A DNA stretch of 41,132 nt from Myxococcota bacterium (GTDB lineage: Bacteria; Myxococcota; SpSt-1050): NCBI GenBank assembly GCA_049969675.1, contig JBMFOP010000014.1, positions 1 to 41,132 of the forward strand. Direction: 5' to 3'. The notes beneath the pieces were generated by a model, which ran no database searches, was not told the origin of the DNA, and saw nothing but the letters and a program-made list of their open reading frames with translations. Position numbers and translations under genes: made by a program. Each line of letters begins with the position of its first letter. The first letter of the stretch is position 1. Positions 39,015 through 41,132 of the stretch are shown here, piece after piece.

Positions 39015-40853
39015 TTAAAATTTAATTCCCAGATAACCCCTGATTCGTTGAGCCGTCTCAGCGGAGAGGTCCTGATTCTGAGGAAGATTGTCGGTCTTCC
39101 CCTTTATCCTGTCAGCCCCCAGATTATCAAGACCCGAGAATGGAATCAAAAAGCCATAGTCCAGTCCCGCAATGAAGTTATCATCGCTCTCATACTTTAA
39201 GTGCAGGTCAAATTCAAGCCCCAATGCCTTCCCATCTCCGGGTGTAGATTCATCATATATAGCCTGAGAATAGATAATATCAAGTCCAGCATTAAACCCT
39301 TCAACAATTGTATAGTCAATAGATGGCTTTATATACCAGGCATCAGTCAGCTGCCCAATTACCTCTCTCCACAGAATCATATCAATGCGATAATCTGGAT
39401 TAAATCTAAAATTTGTAATATTTCTATCTTTGACAACCCACTTCTTGTCATTGTCAACAAATTCAAAGTCACCAAACTGCTTTGGACCAAATGGGGAGGA
39501 GCCATAAGAGTCAAACTGTTTGATAATCTTTCCATTGGCATCTCTTATCACAATTGCAGCAGGTTTTTGAAGCGGCTGTAATCCCCAGCCGGGGGCATCA
39601 TCGCCACTCGCTATACCCATTTCCAGACCTACTTTTAATGATTCATTTGATAAAAATTTATAATCACCTTTTATCACCCCACCCCATTGGAATATCTCAA
39701 TATCTTTATCCACATCCTTTGCCCCCATTGGATAATCAGGTTCTGGATTTGTGGCATCACCGAGATTTCCGATAATAAAGTCAAATTCGCTCTCAAGATG
39801 CAATCTATTCATCACAAATTTTATCCACGGCGAACCTATGTAGATTTGTGACTTTCTAAATGCAATATCCTGATAGCTATCCGGTATCTGCCCCTCAGAA
39901 TAATACTTTGGGTAGTCGTAAGCCTGATTTCTGAAGACATTATATATACCATAGCTCAGGACATATTTGCCGTTCTCAAGCAGCTCTCTCTCCTCTTCCC
40001 TTGTATACTTCTTTACTACGGCAAGGAGATACTGAGTCACATCATCTCTCTGGTCCGCATCTATAGGGACATAGTACTGCTCAAGCGGATAATCAGTCAC
40101 CGGACTTATCAACTTTGTATTTGCACCCTCGGAAACAAAGTCAATACCCGGAACTATATAATGACCGAAAATCTTCGTCACAAAGGCAATTCTATCGGCG
40201 GTTGAACCACCGTCACAATCAAAACAGGAGCCGTCATTTACAAGGACCCCAAGCCCCCAGTGAGATGGCATACGACCGAATCTGAGCTGCCCAAATGGAG
40301 TCATCACCTCTGCCCAGACCCTCTTAACCGTGATGGAATCAGAATACGAATTGTAACCTTTGTGTGGAGCCACCTGAGATTGAGAGAACATAGGTAGCGG
40401 GTAATATTCATTTAGCCCTGTGGTGCCCTGATAAGCCTCGGGGGTTGAGCCCAATATCAGATTGTCAAGTAGATCTATTTGTGAGAGTATCTTGATATCC
40501 TCACTGATATTTAAGACTGGTTCAAGCCTGAATCTCATATTTGCACCGCCCAGAGTATCTGAATTCCCCATAGGCTTCTGATCGGGAGTTGCGGGATTGT
40601 TGGGGCTACCACCAGACCTTCCAGAAATTGGTGGCAAAATCCTGCTCGTATATGACGAATCAACCCAGTTAAATGTGCCGAGGTCAAGCCTATAAAAGAT
40701 GTCGCCCCTTACCCTGAAATATCCGTGCAATTCCAGAAATTTTAACTTTGGTATATCCTCTTCAAATATCAATTCATCCTTATCCGCAGCGGCTGAAATT
40801 GCCGGAATTACAAACAGGGATGCAAAGAGAATAGATACCTTAAAAAGCTTCAT
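39015..40853 (-). CDS. TIGR04551-like Myxococcota outer-membrane beta-barrel protein
   Basis: AAGGAGG RBS and signal peptide; LELHGYFRVR, NMRFRLEP, GQLRFGRMPSHWGLG and NFRFNPDYRIDMILWRE; terminal YLGIKF beta-signal; about 610 aa. Family recognised from memory, not searched. Confidence 0.72.
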   Translation of the reverse strand: MKLFKVSILFASLFVIPAISAAADKDELIFEEDIPKLKFLELHGYFRVRGDIFYRLDLGTFNWVDSSYTSRILPPISGRSGGSPNNPATPDQKPMGNSDTLGGANMRFRLEPVLNISEDIKILSQIDLLDNLILGSTPEAYQGTTGLNEYYPLPMFSQSQVAPHKGYNSYSDSITVKRVWAEVMTPFGQLRFGRMPSHWGLGVLVNDGSCFDCDGGSTADRIAFVTKIFGHYIVPGIDFVSEGANTKLISPVTDYPLEQYYVPIDADQRDDVTQYLLAVVKKYTREEERELLENGKYVLSYGIYNVFRNQAYDYPKYYSEGQIPDSYQDIAFRKSQIYIGSPWIKFVMNRLHLESEFDFIIGNLGDATNPEPDYPMGAKDVDKDIEIFQWGGVIKGDYKFLSNESLKVGLEMGIASGDDAPGWGLQPLQKPAAIVIRDANGKIIKQFDSYGSSPFGPKQFGDFEFVDNDKKWVVKDRNITNFRFNPDYRIDMILWREVIGQLTDAWYIKPSIDYTIVEGFNAGLDIIYSQAIYDESTPGDGKALGLEFDLHLKYESDDNFIAGLDYGFLIPFSGLDNLGADRIKGKTDNLPQNQDLSAETAQRIRGYLGIKF

Positions 40854-41132
40854 TAGATACCTCCTTAATGACAAAAACAATGAATAACCTTTACAATAAT
40901 ATCCGATTTAAAGCAAGAATTATAAACAGATTCTGTGCAGAATATTCAATCCTCCTTTTCTGGCTGGGACATAATCCATCTTTTTACCATATTTTGTATG
41001 ACTTAAACCACTGGTACCACCCACCTTACATCTTATACCATAGTTCAAAAATTAATCCCTAACATCCCAAAATTTAAGTAATAGGCATTTAGTTATATTC
41101 ATTTTTAGAACAAAAACTACTTTCTATTAATC

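Noticed and set aside
40868..41132. 64-aa ORF and AT-rich right end
   Set aside because: No RBS or motif; most likely the upstream regulatory region of the barrel gene. No CRISPR-like repeat array was seen here or elsewhere in the window.

Overview
This is a gene-dense, AT-rich bacterial chromosomal window (roughly 35-40% GC by eye, with heavy AGA/AGG/ATA codon use). Its gene content nonetheless looks Myxococcota/deltaproteobacterial. Housekeeping blocks are ihf-tatB/A-tatC (partial), rpsO-pnp, dgt, tRNA-Lys(CTT) and yajC-secD-secF-recJ, the last preceded by a TIGR04551-like outer-membrane protein. Envelope and secreted genes include an ArnT-like/MsbA/PHP operon, a four-gene operon (ceramidase-like lipoprotein, apparently circularly permuted esterase lipoprotein, DUF58, BatA-like protein), a NAGPA-type protein ending in a TM-less GCAC tail, several Cys-rich or Asp-rich lipoproteins and an orphan ABC solute-binding protein. 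Signalling is a translationally coupled operon: beta-propeller lipoprotein, REC-HD-GYP, then a Dif-like MCP-CheW-CheY-CheA-CheC set with no CheR/CheB. A 1.4-kb decayed accessory patch (32.5-33.96 kb) holds a DNA-methyltransferase remnant, an intact MntA antitoxin, a HepT toxin pseudogene and possible recombination-site remnants. The strongest novelty candidates are the permuted esterase and its operon, the lipoprotein/HD-GYP/Dif-like operon, and a possible variant surface-sorting system. All family calls come from motif recognition by eye, not from database searches.
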